Shown in pieces: positions 33,925-43,037 of a stretch of 64,000 bases of DNA; position 1 is the stretch's first letter; every line of letters begins with the position of its first letter. Below the pieces are notes generated by a model. That model saw only the letters and a program-made list of their open reading frames with translations. It searched no databases and was not told the DNA's origin. The position numbers were made by a program, and so were the translations under genes. Origin of the DNA: Solirubrobacterales bacterium (GTDB lineage: Bacteria > Actinomycetota > Thermoleophilia > Solirubrobacterales > 70-9). The DNA lies in the NCBI GenBank assembly GCA_044871225.1, contig JBIOZP010000049.1:36766-100765 (forward strand). The letters run 5' to 3'.

Positions 33925-34833
33925 ATGAAGGTCCACGCGCAACCGAAGCGCCTGACCTCGCCGCTGCCCGGGGGGCGTCAGGGGGCGACGGTCACGGTCG
34001 AGCCCCTGCTGGGCGGCGAGGTCCAGCTTCCGCGTGCCGTCTACGAACGCCCCGGGGGCCCGTTCGAGACCCTCAAGGTGATCGGCCTTTTCACCCCTCG
34101 CTCGGAGTGGTGGACGGTGCCCTGCCCGGTCTTCGTGATCACCCATCCCGGCGTCGGGCCCCTGCTGGTGGACACGGGCCTTCATCCCTCGGTGGCCGCC
34201 AGCCCGATCGAGAACATGGGGCGGGCCGCGGCGCGCTTCGCCCGCCCGCGGGTCGAGCCCGGACGAGACCTTCCCGCCCAGCTTCGCGAGCGCGGGATCG
34301 AGGCCAGGGAGCTCCCGCTGGTCGTGATGACGCACCTGCACCTCGACCACGCCTCGGGCATCTCAGAGTTCCCGAACTCGACCATCGTCGTCTCGGCCCC
34401 CGAATGGGACGCCGCCACCACCGACCCGCGCCCGCTGCTGCGGAGCTACCGCCCTGCCCAATACGACTATGTGTTCGACTACCGGACCGTCGACTACGAG
34501 GGGCCCCGGGTCTCCTCGTATTCGACCTTCGGCCGCACCTTCGACCTGTTCGGCGACGGAAGCGTGCGCCTGGCGTTCACCCCGGGCCACTCGGCAGGCC
34601 ATCAGAGCGTGATCGCCCGCCTGCGAGACCGCGACTTCGTGATCGCCGGTGACGCGATCTTCACCCGGGGTCAGCTCGGCGATGCCCCCGAGCCCCCACG
34701 CCCCGTCGACCGCCACACCTGGCGGCGCTCGCGCCAGGAGCTGGCGCTGTTCGCCCGCCAATACCCGCAGGCGGTGATCGTGGCCGGGCACGACCCGGAG
34801 CAGTGGGCCGCCCTCGACGACAGGTACGAGTGA
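33925..34833 (+). CDS. MBL-fold metallo-hydrolase (N-acyl-homoserine-lactonase-like)
   Basis: 302 aa. Contains the HxHxDH motif (THLHLDHASG) and a downstream TPGHSAGH. Confidence 0.8.
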   Translation: MKVHAQPKRLTSPLPGGRQGATVTVEPLLGGEVQLPRAVYERPGGPFETLKVIGLFTPRSEWWTVPCPVFVITHPGVGPLLVDTGLHPSVAASPIENMGRAAARFARPRVEPGRDLPAQLRERGIEARELPLVVMTHLHLDHASGISEFPNSTIVVSAPEWDAATTDPRPLLRSYRPAQYDYVFDYRTVDYEGPRVSSYSTFGRTFDLFGDGSVRLAFTPGHSAGHQSVIARLRDRDFVIAGDAIFTRGQLGDAPEPPRPVDRHTWRRSRQELALFARQYPQAVIVAGHDPEQWAALDDRYE

Positions 34834-34834
34834 G

Positions 34835-35617
34835 CTAGCGCGGCTGGTCGGCGGGGACCTGCCGCTCCCCGGTGGCGCCGATTCCCTCCCGCAGCGCCTT
34901 GATCACCCCGCGCCGGCCCTTCTCCTCCAGGGCCTCGTACATCTCTCGCACCCGTCCGAAGACCTCGGTGGCGACGGCGAGCTGCTGCTCGCGGCTGGGC
35001 GCCGAGACGACGTCGAACCTCAGCGGCTCGCCGTACTGGACCGTCACCTTCGGGAAGCTCAGGCGGCGCCACGCGCGAACGCCCTGGGAGCCGTGAATCG
35101 CCACCGGCACCACCGGGACCCCCGACTCCAGGGCGATCCTGCCGACCCCGGGACGCGGCGTCCCCAGGCCTCCGGTTCGCGACCTGCCCCCCTCCGGGTA
35201 CATCAGCAGGCACCCGCCCCTGGCCAGGATCTCGTAGGCCGTCTTGAACGCCTCCTCGTCCTGGTGGCCACGACGGATCGGAAACGGGCCCCCGTGCCAG
35301 AAGATGAACTTGATCACGGGATTGGAGAAGAGCTGCGACTTGGCCATGAACCGGATCTTTCGCTTCAGATAGACCCCGGCGAAGAAGTGGTCCCACTGGC
35401 TGAAGTGATTCGGCGCCAGCACCACGGGCCCCGACGTGGGGACGTGCTCGGCCCCGATGGCGCGGGCCCGGTACGCGAGCAGGGTGGGCGGCGTCATCAG
35501 AACCCGAGCGACGTCGTAGACCCAGTCGGGCTCGTGGGTGCGAGCCCGCTCGTGAAAGCGCGTGAACTCTTCGGCTGGGCGAGGGTCCTTGTAGACCTGG
35601 GGCTTGAGATCCGGCAT
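34835..35617 (-). CDS. plsC: 1-acyl-sn-glycerol-3-phosphate acyltransferase family
   Basis: 260 aa. HX4D motif (NHFSQWD) and YPEGGRS block. Confidence 0.8.
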   Translation of the reverse strand: MPDLKPQVYKDPRPAEEFTRFHERARTHEPDWVYDVARVLMTPPTLLAYRARAIGAEHVPTSGPVVLAPNHFSQWDHFFAGVYLKRKIRFMAKSQLFSNPVIKFIFWHGGPFPIRRGHQDEEAFKTAYEILARGGCLLMYPEGGRSRTGGLGTPRPGVGRIALESGVPVVPVAIHGSQGVRAWRRLSFPKVTVQYGEPLRFDVVSAPSREQQLAVATEVFGRVREMYEALEEKGRRGVIKALREGIGATGERQVPADQPR

Positions 35618-35705
35618 GGCGAGCAGGGCGGCAGGACACGCCCCACCCGCTTTACCCCCGCGGGCGGGGGCGGTTACGCCCCTTCATCGGCCGGCGCCTT
35701 GGCCG

Positions 35706-37160
35706 CTAGTCGGGGGCGGCCCAGCCCTTGGCGCGCTCGACCGCCCGCCGCCACTCGCGCAGGAGCGCGAGGCGCTCGTCCTGGGCCATGCGCGGCTCGT
35801 AGCGCGCCGCCTGGCGCCACATGCCCTCCACCCCCGCTGCGTCCCAGACGCCGGTGGCGATCCCCGCCAGGTACGCCGCCCCGAGGGCGGTCGTCTCCGC
35901 GATCTCGGGGACGACCACGGGCGTTCCAAGGAGGTCCGCCTGGAACTGCATCAGCCACCGGTTGGAGACCGCTCCCCCGTCGGCCTTCAGGACCTCGACC
36001 GCCCTTCCCACCGCCATCTCCTGGGCGAGCACGGCGTCCGCGGTCTGGTAGGCGATCGCCTCGAGCGCCGCCCGCGCCAGGTGGGCGCGTCCAGTGCCGC
36101 GCGTCAGCCCCACGATCATCCCCCGGGCGTACGGGTCCCAGTGGGGCGATCCGAGGCCGGTGAGCGCGGGCACGAAGTACACGCCGTCGTTCGAGGGCAG
36201 CGACTCAGCCAGAGCCTCCGTCTCGGGCGCGGCCTCGATGATCCCGAGGCCGTCGCGAAGCCACTGCACCGCGGCCCCGGTGACGAACACGGCCGCCTCC
36301 AGCGCGTAGGCGACCTCCTCCCCCAGCCCCCATGCGACGGTGGTCAAGAGGCCCTCGGGCGGCTCGGGCGCGTCGCTTCCGGCGTTCAGCAGGACGAAGC
36401 TCCCGGTCCCGTAGGTGCTCTTGGCCATCCCCTCCCGCCGGCATGCCTGCCCGAAGAGCGCCGCCTGCTGATCGCCCGCGATCCCAGCCACGGGGACCTG
36501 CCCTCCGAAAGCATTCGTGCGGCCGATCACGTGCGCCGAGGGCACCGGCTCGGGAAGGCTTGCCGGATCCACGCCGAGCAGCCCGCAGAGCTCCGGGTCC
36601 CAGCCCAGCCCGCGGATGTCGAACAGCATCGTGCGCGAGGCATTGGAGTAGTCGCAGACGTGGCGGCCGGTTAGCTTGTAGGCGAGCCACGAGTCGATGG
36701 TGCCGAAGGCGGCGTTCCGTGCGGCCTCCACGTTTCGCAGCAGCCATTCGATCTTGGTGCCGGAGAAGTACGGGTCGATGACGAGCCCGGTGCGCTCGCG
36801 CACCAGAGGCTCGTGGCCCGCGGCCCGGAGCTCGTCGCAGCGCTCCGCGGTGCGGCGGTCCTGCCACACGAGCGCCCGGTGAACCGGCTCCCCGGTCGCG
36901 GGATCCCAGGCGACCACGGTCTCGCGCTGGTTCGTGATTCCGATCGCATCGAGCTGCGTCCCCCCGATCCCCGCGTCGTCGAGCGCCTGCGCGGCGACCT
37001 TCCGCGTGACGTCCCAGATCTCGACCGCGTCGTGCTCGATCCACCCCGGCCGTGGGAAGTGCTGCTCGAACTCCGAGTACGAGCGTCCCGCGATCCGTCC
37101 CTCGCGATCGAAGACGAGGCAGGTCGTCCCGGTGGTGCCCTGATCGATGGCGAGGATCAA
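35706..37160 (-). CDS. glpK: glycerol kinase
   Basis: 484 aa. Contains ILAIDQGTTGTTC, NQRETVVAWD and full-length FGGY-family architecture. Confidence 0.95.
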   Translation of the reverse strand: MILAIDQGTTGTTCLVFDREGRIAGRSYSEFEQHFPRPGWIEHDAVEIWDVTRKVAAQALDDAGIGGTQLDAIGITNQRETVVAWDPATGEPVHRALVWQDRRTAERCDELRAAGHEPLVRERTGLVIDPYFSGTKIEWLLRNVEAARNAAFGTIDSWLAYKLTGRHVCDYSNASRTMLFDIRGLGWDPELCGLLGVDPASLPEPVPSAHVIGRTNAFGGQVPVAGIAGDQQAALFGQACRREGMAKSTYGTGSFVLLNAGSDAPEPPEGLLTTVAWGLGEEVAYALEAAVFVTGAAVQWLRDGLGIIEAAPETEALAESLPSNDGVYFVPALTGLGSPHWDPYARGMIVGLTRGTGRAHLARAALEAIAYQTADAVLAQEMAVGRAVEVLKADGGAVSNRWLMQFQADLLGTPVVVPEIAETTALGAAYLAGIATGVWDAAGVEGMWRQAARYEPRMAQDERLALLREWRRAVERAKGWAAPD

Positions 37161-37223
37161 CGGGGCGCCAAGCCTAGAGGCTGGCCGCGACCCGGCACGG
37201 GACCGCGAACCGCTGCGCCACCC

Positions 37224-37916
37224 CTAGCGCCTGGACCGGTAGGCCCTCGCGAAGTCGAGGAGTTGGCGGGCGCGATGCCAAAAGCCGCGGAGGCTGCGGC
37301 CGGTGGCTCGGTGCGAGAGGTCGAGCTCGATCTCTCGCACCCGGTACCCGGCGCGAACGGCTTCGATCGTCATCGCGGTTTCCATGCCGTAGCCCGGCGC
37401 GAACGGGATCAGGGACCGGAGCACCGTGGCCGGCATCGCCCGCTGGCCCGAGATGGGAGCGCCCGCCCGGTAGCCGCAGCGACGCTCGATCGCCCAGCGC
37501 GCGAACCCCAGCGCGATCCCGAAGCCGCCGCCCACGGGATCGCGAAACGCCGCCACCGCGAGCTCGCAGTCCCCCCGTTCCACGGCGTCAACCAACGGCG
37601 CCAGCTCCCGGGCGGACGTCCCGAGGTCGGCGTCGCACAGCAGGAAGGTCGGGGGGTCGGCCTCATCGGCTCGGTCGATCACCGCCTGGACCGCGGCGGT
37701 CACGTTGGCGCCCTTGCCGTGAGGCCGGCCGCGACTGATCACCTGGGCGCCACTGGCGAGCGCCACCTCGGCCGTCCCGTCGCCGGAGGCGTCGTCGGCC
37801 ACCACGACCTCGGCGTTCGGAAACGCCCTCCGCAGGGCCTCCAACGTGTCCGCGATCAGGTCGGCCTCGTTGTGCGCCGCCACGACCACCACCGGGCTCT
37901 TTGGTTCCACCGGCAA
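37224..37916 (-). CDS. family 2 glycosyltransferase (small, GT-A fold)
   Basis: 230 aa. Contains VVVAAHNEADLIADTLEAL and the acidic motifs ADDASGDGT and CDADL. Confidence 0.75.
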   Translation of the reverse strand: MPVEPKSPVVVVAAHNEADLIADTLEALRRAFPNAEVVVADDASGDGTAEVALASGAQVISRGRPHGKGANVTAAVQAVIDRADEADPPTFLLCDADLGTSARELAPLVDAVERGDCELAVAAFRDPVGGGFGIALGFARWAIERRCGYRAGAPISGQRAMPATVLRSLIPFAPGYGMETAMTIEAVRAGYRVREIELDLSHRATGRSLRGFWHRARQLLDFARAYRSRR

Positions 37917-37978
37917 GGCCGGTTATTCTCCCCCGCCGTGCCGCGGACCGGTCAACAGGGGCGCTCGTGGGGGCCGAA

Positions 37979-38194
37979 ATGAGCGCGGCCGTCGAGGCCC
38001 ACATCACCGGCACGGTGTGGAAGATCGAGGTCGCGGTGGGCGACCAGGTGGACGAGGGCGACACCGTGGTCATCCTCGAGTCGATGAAGATGGAGATGCC
38101 GGTCGAGGCGGAGGACGCCGGCACGGTCAGCGAGGTCCGCTGCCAGGAGGGGCAGTCCGTACAGGAGGGCGACGTCCTCGTCGTCCTCGAATGA
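37979..38194 (+). CDS. stand-alone biotinyl/lipoyl-domain protein (BCCP-like)
   Basis: 71 aa from ATG 37979. GTVWKIEVAVGDQVDEGDTVVILESMKMEMPVEA contains the (E/A)-x-MKM biotinylation motif. Confidence 0.8.
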   Translation: MSAAVEAHITGTVWKIEVAVGDQVDEGDTVVILESMKMEMPVEAEDAGTVSEVRCQEGQSVQEGDVLVVLE

Positions 38195-39045
38195 GCCGGA
38201 CGCCCGCCGACCCACGGGGCCCGGAGAACAGAGCGGACGAGGCGCTGGCGCTCGCCGGCGGCAAGCTCATCCTCGACCGCCCGGCCGAGGCGGTGGCCCG
38301 GCTGACGATCTCCAACCCACAGCGGAGAAACGCTCTGGATCACGAGATCCTCAACGCGCTCGCCGAGGTGATCCCGACTCTTGACCGCGGGATCGAGATC
38401 CGGTGCGTGCTGATCACCGGAGCGGGAGAGGTGTTCTCGGCGGGTTACGACATCGCCGCCATCCCCGAGGAGGCCTTCGAGGAGCAGGCGGAGGCGCTGG
38501 TGGCACATCCGTTTCACGCCGCGATGGAGGCGGTGAGCGCCCACCCGTATCCGGTGCTGGCGGCGATCAACGGCCACAGCCTCGGGGGCGGCCTCGAGCT
38601 CGCGGTGCGCTGCGATCTGCGCCTGTCGGTGGTCAGCGCGAAGCTCGGGATGCCGCCGGCGAAGCTCGGCCTGATCTATGCCCACACCGGCCTGCAGTGC
38701 TTCATCGACGTGATCGGCGTGGCGCGCACGAAGGAGCTGTTCCTGACCGGCCGCACTCTCAGCGCGCCACGGGCGATGGCGATCGGGCTCGTGCACGACA
38801 CCGTCCCGGACGACCAGCTGGAGGAGACCGCCGTGGGGCTGGCCGCCGAGATCGCGGGGAACGCCCCCCTGTCGCTGCGGGGGAACAAGCACGCGATCGA
38901 GGTCCTCAACTCGCACCCTCGTCTGACCCCGGAGCAGGTACACGAGCTGATCGAGCTGCGGCGTTCGTGCTTCCGCTCCGAGGACTTCCGCGAGGGCGTC
39001 CGGGCGTTCGCCGAGAAGCGAAAGCCCAACTGGCGCGGGCGCTAG
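38191..39045 (+). CDS. crotonase-family protein resembling biotin-independent methylmalonyl-CoA decarboxylase (ScpB/YgfG-like)
   Basis: 284 aa with an ATGA overlap with the BCCP-like stop. EIRCVLITGAGEVFSAGYDI, NGHSLGGGLELAVRCDL and the C-terminal SEDFREGVRAFAEKRKPNWRGR resemble E. coli YgfG as I recall it. Confidence 0.65.
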   Translation: MSRTPADPRGPENRADEALALAGGKLILDRPAEAVARLTISNPQRRNALDHEILNALAEVIPTLDRGIEIRCVLITGAGEVFSAGYDIAAIPEEAFEEQAEALVAHPFHAAMEAVSAHPYPVLAAINGHSLGGGLELAVRCDLRLSVVSAKLGMPPAKLGLIYAHTGLQCFIDVIGVARTKELFLTGRTLSAPRAMAIGLVHDTVPDDQLEETAVGLAAEIAGNAPLSLRGNKHAIEVLNSHPRLTPEQVHELIELRRSCFRSEDFREGVRAFAEKRKPNWRGR

Positions 39046-39085
39046 GGCCGCGACCCGAGCTTCGCGGTCCGGCGTCGCTGAGCCC

Positions 39086-40600
39086 CTACCGGGGCAGCGG
39101 ATCCGTGCGGTGCAGGCGGCAGCCGGCCCCGGAGCAGTTCCGAAGCTTCTGGAGCTGGGCCGCGAGCGCGGTCCTGACCGGAGCGTACGCGGACGACGCA
39201 TGGCGGCTCTGGAGCTCGAACGGGTCCTTTTCAAGGTCGTAGAGCTCCCGCTCGCCGTTCGTGTACTCGGCGTAGATGTAGCGCTGGGTGCGAATCGCGG
39301 CCAGGCTCGGCTGCTCGATCAGGAGCTCGCGGTTTCGCTCGAGCCCCGGGTTCTGCGCCACGGGTATCAGCGAGCGCCCGTCCATGGTCAGGCCGGGGGT
39401 CGCGTTGGCCACGTCGACGATCGTTGGCGCCAGGTCGGCGTTGATCACCAGGTCGTTGACGCGTGCCCCGACCGGGATGCCGGGGCCGCGCATCATCAGC
39501 GGAACGCGGATCGACTCCTCGTAGATGTGGCGCTTCACCTGCGACAGGCGATGCTCGCCGTGGAAGAGCCCGTTGTCGGAGGTGAACACGACGAGGGTGT
39601 CGTTCAGCTCCCCGGCCGCGACCAGCGCGTCGACGACCTTCTGAACGCCCTCGTCCACCGACAAGAGGGCCTCCAGCTCGCACCGGTACAGGCGCTGGAT
39701 GTTCGCGGCCCCCGCCGTGTTGAAGCGAGGAAGCTTGCGGATCTCGGCCGGTTTGTCGGAGACGTCGGCCTCGTTGAAGTTCGGGCTCCTCGGCTGGATC
39801 ATGGAATCGAACGCGTGCGCGTGGCGAGGGGCCGGCTTGGCGGTCCCGTTGCAGTCGCCCGGCGGGTTGGGATTCGGCTCGGGCCCTCCCCAGTGGGGCG
39901 TCGTGTACGTGAGCCAGAGGAAGAAGGGCTGATCGCTCGGGGTCCTCCGCTCGACGAGGCCGACCGCCCGTGAGGTGAACACGTCCTCCTTGAAGTCGGC
40001 GGGCGCCTCCCCGTAGTCCGTGAACACGCCCTCGTCGTTCATGCGGTAGTCGTAGAGGTCCTGGGTGTCCGGCGCGGCGACGTGCCATTCGGACCAGCCC
40101 TGCGGCACCCGCGGCTGGTTCGTGTACCCGTTGAGGTACTTGCCGACCAGCGCGGTGTAGTAGCCGGCGTCCTGGAGCCACACGGCCAGGTTGTTGGTCG
40201 CGTGGAGCTGGTTGAAGCGGCCGAAGCCGCCGCCGGGGACCTGGTTGTCCCGGATGTCGTGGTTGTGCATGTACTGGCCCGTCATGAAGGTGGCCCGTGA
40301 GGGGCAGCAGAGCGAGAAGTTGACGAAGCTGTTCGTGAACGTCGTGCCCCTGCTGCCGATGAGCGAGTTCACGTGCTTCATTACCCGCACCGACTCGGCC
40401 GTCTGGTCGTCGGTCTCGATCACCACGATGTTCGGACGCGTCTGCGCAGCGGCGGATTGGCCGGCGCTGGTTGCCGGGATTCCGGCCCCGGCCACGGTCA
40501 GGGCGGCGACCGCGACGATCGCGGTGGTGATCAGCGATAGGGCGAAGCGACCGGGGGTGGAACGAACCAACCGCGCTGTCCGCCTTGCGAGGACCCCCAT
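39086..40600 (-). CDS. secreted Cys-type (formylglycine-dependent) sulfatase
   Basis: 504 aa with a signal/TM N-terminus. Contains DDQ metal site IVVIETDDQT and the sulfatase signature SLCCPSRATFMTG. Confidence 0.85.
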   Translation of the reverse strand: MGVLARRTARLVRSTPGRFALSLITTAIVAVAALTVAGAGIPATSAGQSAAAQTRPNIVVIETDDQTAESVRVMKHVNSLIGSRGTTFTNSFVNFSLCCPSRATFMTGQYMHNHDIRDNQVPGGGFGRFNQLHATNNLAVWLQDAGYYTALVGKYLNGYTNQPRVPQGWSEWHVAAPDTQDLYDYRMNDEGVFTDYGEAPADFKEDVFTSRAVGLVERRTPSDQPFFLWLTYTTPHWGGPEPNPNPPGDCNGTAKPAPRHAHAFDSMIQPRSPNFNEADVSDKPAEIRKLPRFNTAGAANIQRLYRCELEALLSVDEGVQKVVDALVAAGELNDTLVVFTSDNGLFHGEHRLSQVKRHIYEESIRVPLMMRGPGIPVGARVNDLVINADLAPTIVDVANATPGLTMDGRSLIPVAQNPGLERNRELLIEQPSLAAIRTQRYIYAEYTNGERELYDLEKDPFELQSRHASSAYAPVRTALAAQLQKLRNCSGAGCRLHRTDPLPR

Positions 40601-40663
40601 CCGGCCCGGGAACCTAACACCTGCGCCGCCTCGAGTCCTGATCGCGCGGGCTCCTGGGCGCCG

Positions 40664-41782
40664 TCATCCCGCGCCGCTCCGCGCTCGCAGCGCGAGGACC
40701 CGGCGAACGGAGCGAAGGAAGCGCGGACGTGACAGCGTGCCGGAGCGCAGCTTGCGACTCAGCGAATGCCCCGCGGCGGCGGCGGCGCGGTGGTCGGTGA
40801 ACAGCAGCAGATCGGTACCCGCCCTGGCGGCAGTCACGCCCACCCTCGCCGGGCCGCCGTACTCCCGCGCGGCGACCGTTTCCAGGGCGTCGCTGATCGA
40901 CACCCCCCGGAACCCGACCCGCGAGCGTAGCTCCGCGGTCGCGAGACGCCTGGAGAACGCCGCCGGCTTGGCAGAGAAGCGCGGGTAGACCGCGGTGCTG
41001 AGCATCACCACGCCGCCTCCCATGGCCGCGAAGGCGCGGTAGGGACGCTCGTCGATCCGCCTCAGCTTCGCGCGACTCAAGCGGATGCGCTGCACCGCCA
41101 CGTCCGTGCTCTGCGAGGCCGCGCCCAGGCCTGGAAAATGCTTGGCGGCAGCGGCCACTCCCCGCCGCCCCATCGCCGCCGCGAACGGAATCGCCGTCCG
41201 GGTCACTCGGCGCGACGTGCCTCCGAAGCTTCGACGTTGCGCCCTGATCGCGCTTCCGGGGCGCCCCACGTCCAGCACCGGCGCCAGATCCACGTTGACC
41301 CCCACCGCGCGCAGGCTCCGGGCCGTCGCGGCGCCCTGGCGACGGCTGAAACCGGCGCCCGCGCGGCCCATCCGGCGGGCGGAGGCGCGTGGCGGTCCCG
41401 GCAGACGCTTCACCAGCCCGCCCTCCTGATCGACCATCACCAGCAGGGGATCACGTAGGCCCGGGGGACGCCGGATCTCCTGCAGGCGGCGGATCGTACG
41501 GCGTGCGTGGCGGCGGGTACCGAGGTTGTCCGAGAACAGGATCACCCCCGCGAGGCGGCCCTGACGGATCATCCGCTCCATCGCGCGCGGGGCCCTCGGC
41601 CCGTCGAACCCGGCGACGAGCCGTTCGCCGGCCAGCCTTCGGACCGGCAGGTCCCGGGCCGCCTCTCCCACGACGTCCCCCCGCGGGGCGCGCGTCGTCC
41701 CGTCGGCCAGCGCGACCCACACCGCAACCCCGGCCGCCACCGGGATCAGCAAGGCGACGGCGCGCCGCCTCCAGTACGTCAG
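40664..41782 (-). CDS. glycoside hydrolase family 3 (beta-N-acetylhexosaminidase/NagZ-like), membrane-anchored
   Basis: Contains VMVDQEGGLVKRL, NVDLAPVLDV and KHFPGLG. The start is unresolved. GC3 drops upstream of about 41790. The first canonical upstream starts (GTG 41917, ATG 41932) overlap bioB. CTG 41782 or TTG 41752 flank the anchor RRRAVALLIPVAAGVAVWVAL. Confidence 0.65.
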   Translation of the reverse strand: MTYWRRRAVALLIPVAAGVAVWVALADGTTRAPRGDVVGEAARDLPVRRLAGERLVAGFDGPRAPRAMERMIRQGRLAGVILFSDNLGTRRHARRTIRRLQEIRRPPGLRDPLLVMVDQEGGLVKRLPGPPRASARRMGRAGAGFSRRQGAATARSLRAVGVNVDLAPVLDVGRPGSAIRAQRRSFGGTSRRVTRTAIPFAAAMGRRGVAAAAKHFPGLGAASQSTDVAVQRIRLSRAKLRRIDERPYRAFAAMGGGVVMLSTAVYPRFSAKPAAFSRRLATAELRSRVGFRGVSISDALETVAAREYGGPARVGVTAARAGTDLLLFTDHRAAAAAGHSLSRKLRSGTLSRPRFLRSVRRVLALRARSGAG

Positions 41783-41900
41783 CCTTCCGGGCAGGGGACC
41801 AATCCTAGGCGCGCGGGGGGGCGGCCGTCGTGGCGCCGGCGGCCGCCGTTGGCTGTCCGAGGGGCGGCCTAGCCTTGCCCCTGCCGCCGATGAAGGCCCG

Positions 41901-43034
41901 ATGCCGCCACTGATCACCTTCGACGAGGCCATGGAGCTGGCGGGGATCAACGCCCACGCGGAGATCACCGAGCTGGTCGAGCGTGCCTGGGCGGTTCGCC
42001 GCGAGCGGTTCGGATCGTCGACCGACATGTGCTCGCTCGTAAACGCCAAGTCGGGGGGCTGCGCGGAGGACTGCGGGTTTTGCGCCCAATCGCGGTACGC
42101 CGAGGCCGACACCCCGATGCACGCGATGATGGGCCCGGACCAGATCCTCGAGCATGCCCGGGCGGCGGAGGCGGCGGGGGCCCACCGGTTCTGCATGGTC
42201 ACCCAGGGCCAGGGGCTGTCCAAGCGCGACTTCGAGAAGATCGTTGACGGCGCGCGCCTGGTCGCCGAGCACACGAACCTGAAGCGGTGCGTCTCGATCG
42301 GGCACATCTCACCCGACCGCGCGCGGAAGCTTGCCGAGGCCGGGGTGCAGCGCGTCCACCACAACGTCGAGACGGCGCGGTCCTACTACCCGGAGGTGAG
42401 CACGACGGTCCGCTACGAGGGTCGCAAGCGCACCATCGACGCCGTCAAGGACGCGGGCTTGGAGACCTGTGTGGGCGGCATCCTCAACCTCGGGGAGTCG
42501 CCGCGCCAGCGAGTCGAGATGGCGTTCGAGCTGTCGGAGATCGATCCCACCTCGGTCCCGATCAACCTCCTCAACCCGAGGGCCGGGACCAAGTTCGGGG
42601 ACCGGCCGCTGATGGACCCCTGGGAGGTGGTCAAGTGGGTGGCGATCTTCCGCCTCATCCTGCCGGATGCCCTTTTTCGGCTCTGCGGAGGGCGGGTCGA
42701 GAACCTGCACGAGCTCCAGCCGCTGGCGGTCAAGGCCGGTCTCAACGGGGTGATGATGGGCAACTTCCTGACGACCCTGGGCGCCGAGCCCGCCGACGAT
42801 CGCGAGATGTTCGAGGAGCTGGGGCTGAACGTCGCGCGCCAGCCGGACAACGGAGCCAATCCGCGACCGGACAACCGGTCCGGCCGGCTCGAGGGAGAGC
42901 CCCCCGAGACGATCGACGAGCTGATCGACTCGCAGGAAGAGGCCAACTTCTGGGACCCGTCCACCCAGCTGCGGGTGGTGAAGAAGAAGCACAAGCCGCC
43001 GCCGTATCCGGAGCCGGCGGGCTGGGGCGACTGA
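41901..43034 (+). CDS. bioB: biotin synthase
   Basis: 377 aa. Radical-SAM motif GGCAEDCGFCAQS, with a roughly 50-aa C-terminal extension. Confidence 0.95.
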   Translation: MPPLITFDEAMELAGINAHAEITELVERAWAVRRERFGSSTDMCSLVNAKSGGCAEDCGFCAQSRYAEADTPMHAMMGPDQILEHARAAEAAGAHRFCMVTQGQGLSKRDFEKIVDGARLVAEHTNLKRCVSIGHISPDRARKLAEAGVQRVHHNVETARSYYPEVSTTVRYEGRKRTIDAVKDAGLETCVGGILNLGESPRQRVEMAFELSEIDPTSVPINLLNPRAGTKFGDRPLMDPWEVVKWVAIFRLILPDALFRLCGGRVENLHELQPLAVKAGLNGVMMGNFLTTLGAEPADDREMFEELGLNVARQPDNGANPRPDNRSGRLEGEPPETIDELIDSQEEANFWDPSTQLRVVKKKHKPPPYPEPAGWGD

Positions 43035-43037
43035 TCC

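Noticed and set aside
39086-41782. Sulfatase plus GH3 as a dedicated sulfated-glycan utilisation locus.
   Set aside because: There are only two genes. No formylglycine-generating enzyme, transporter or regulator is adjacent, so the evidence is too thin for a system-level claim.
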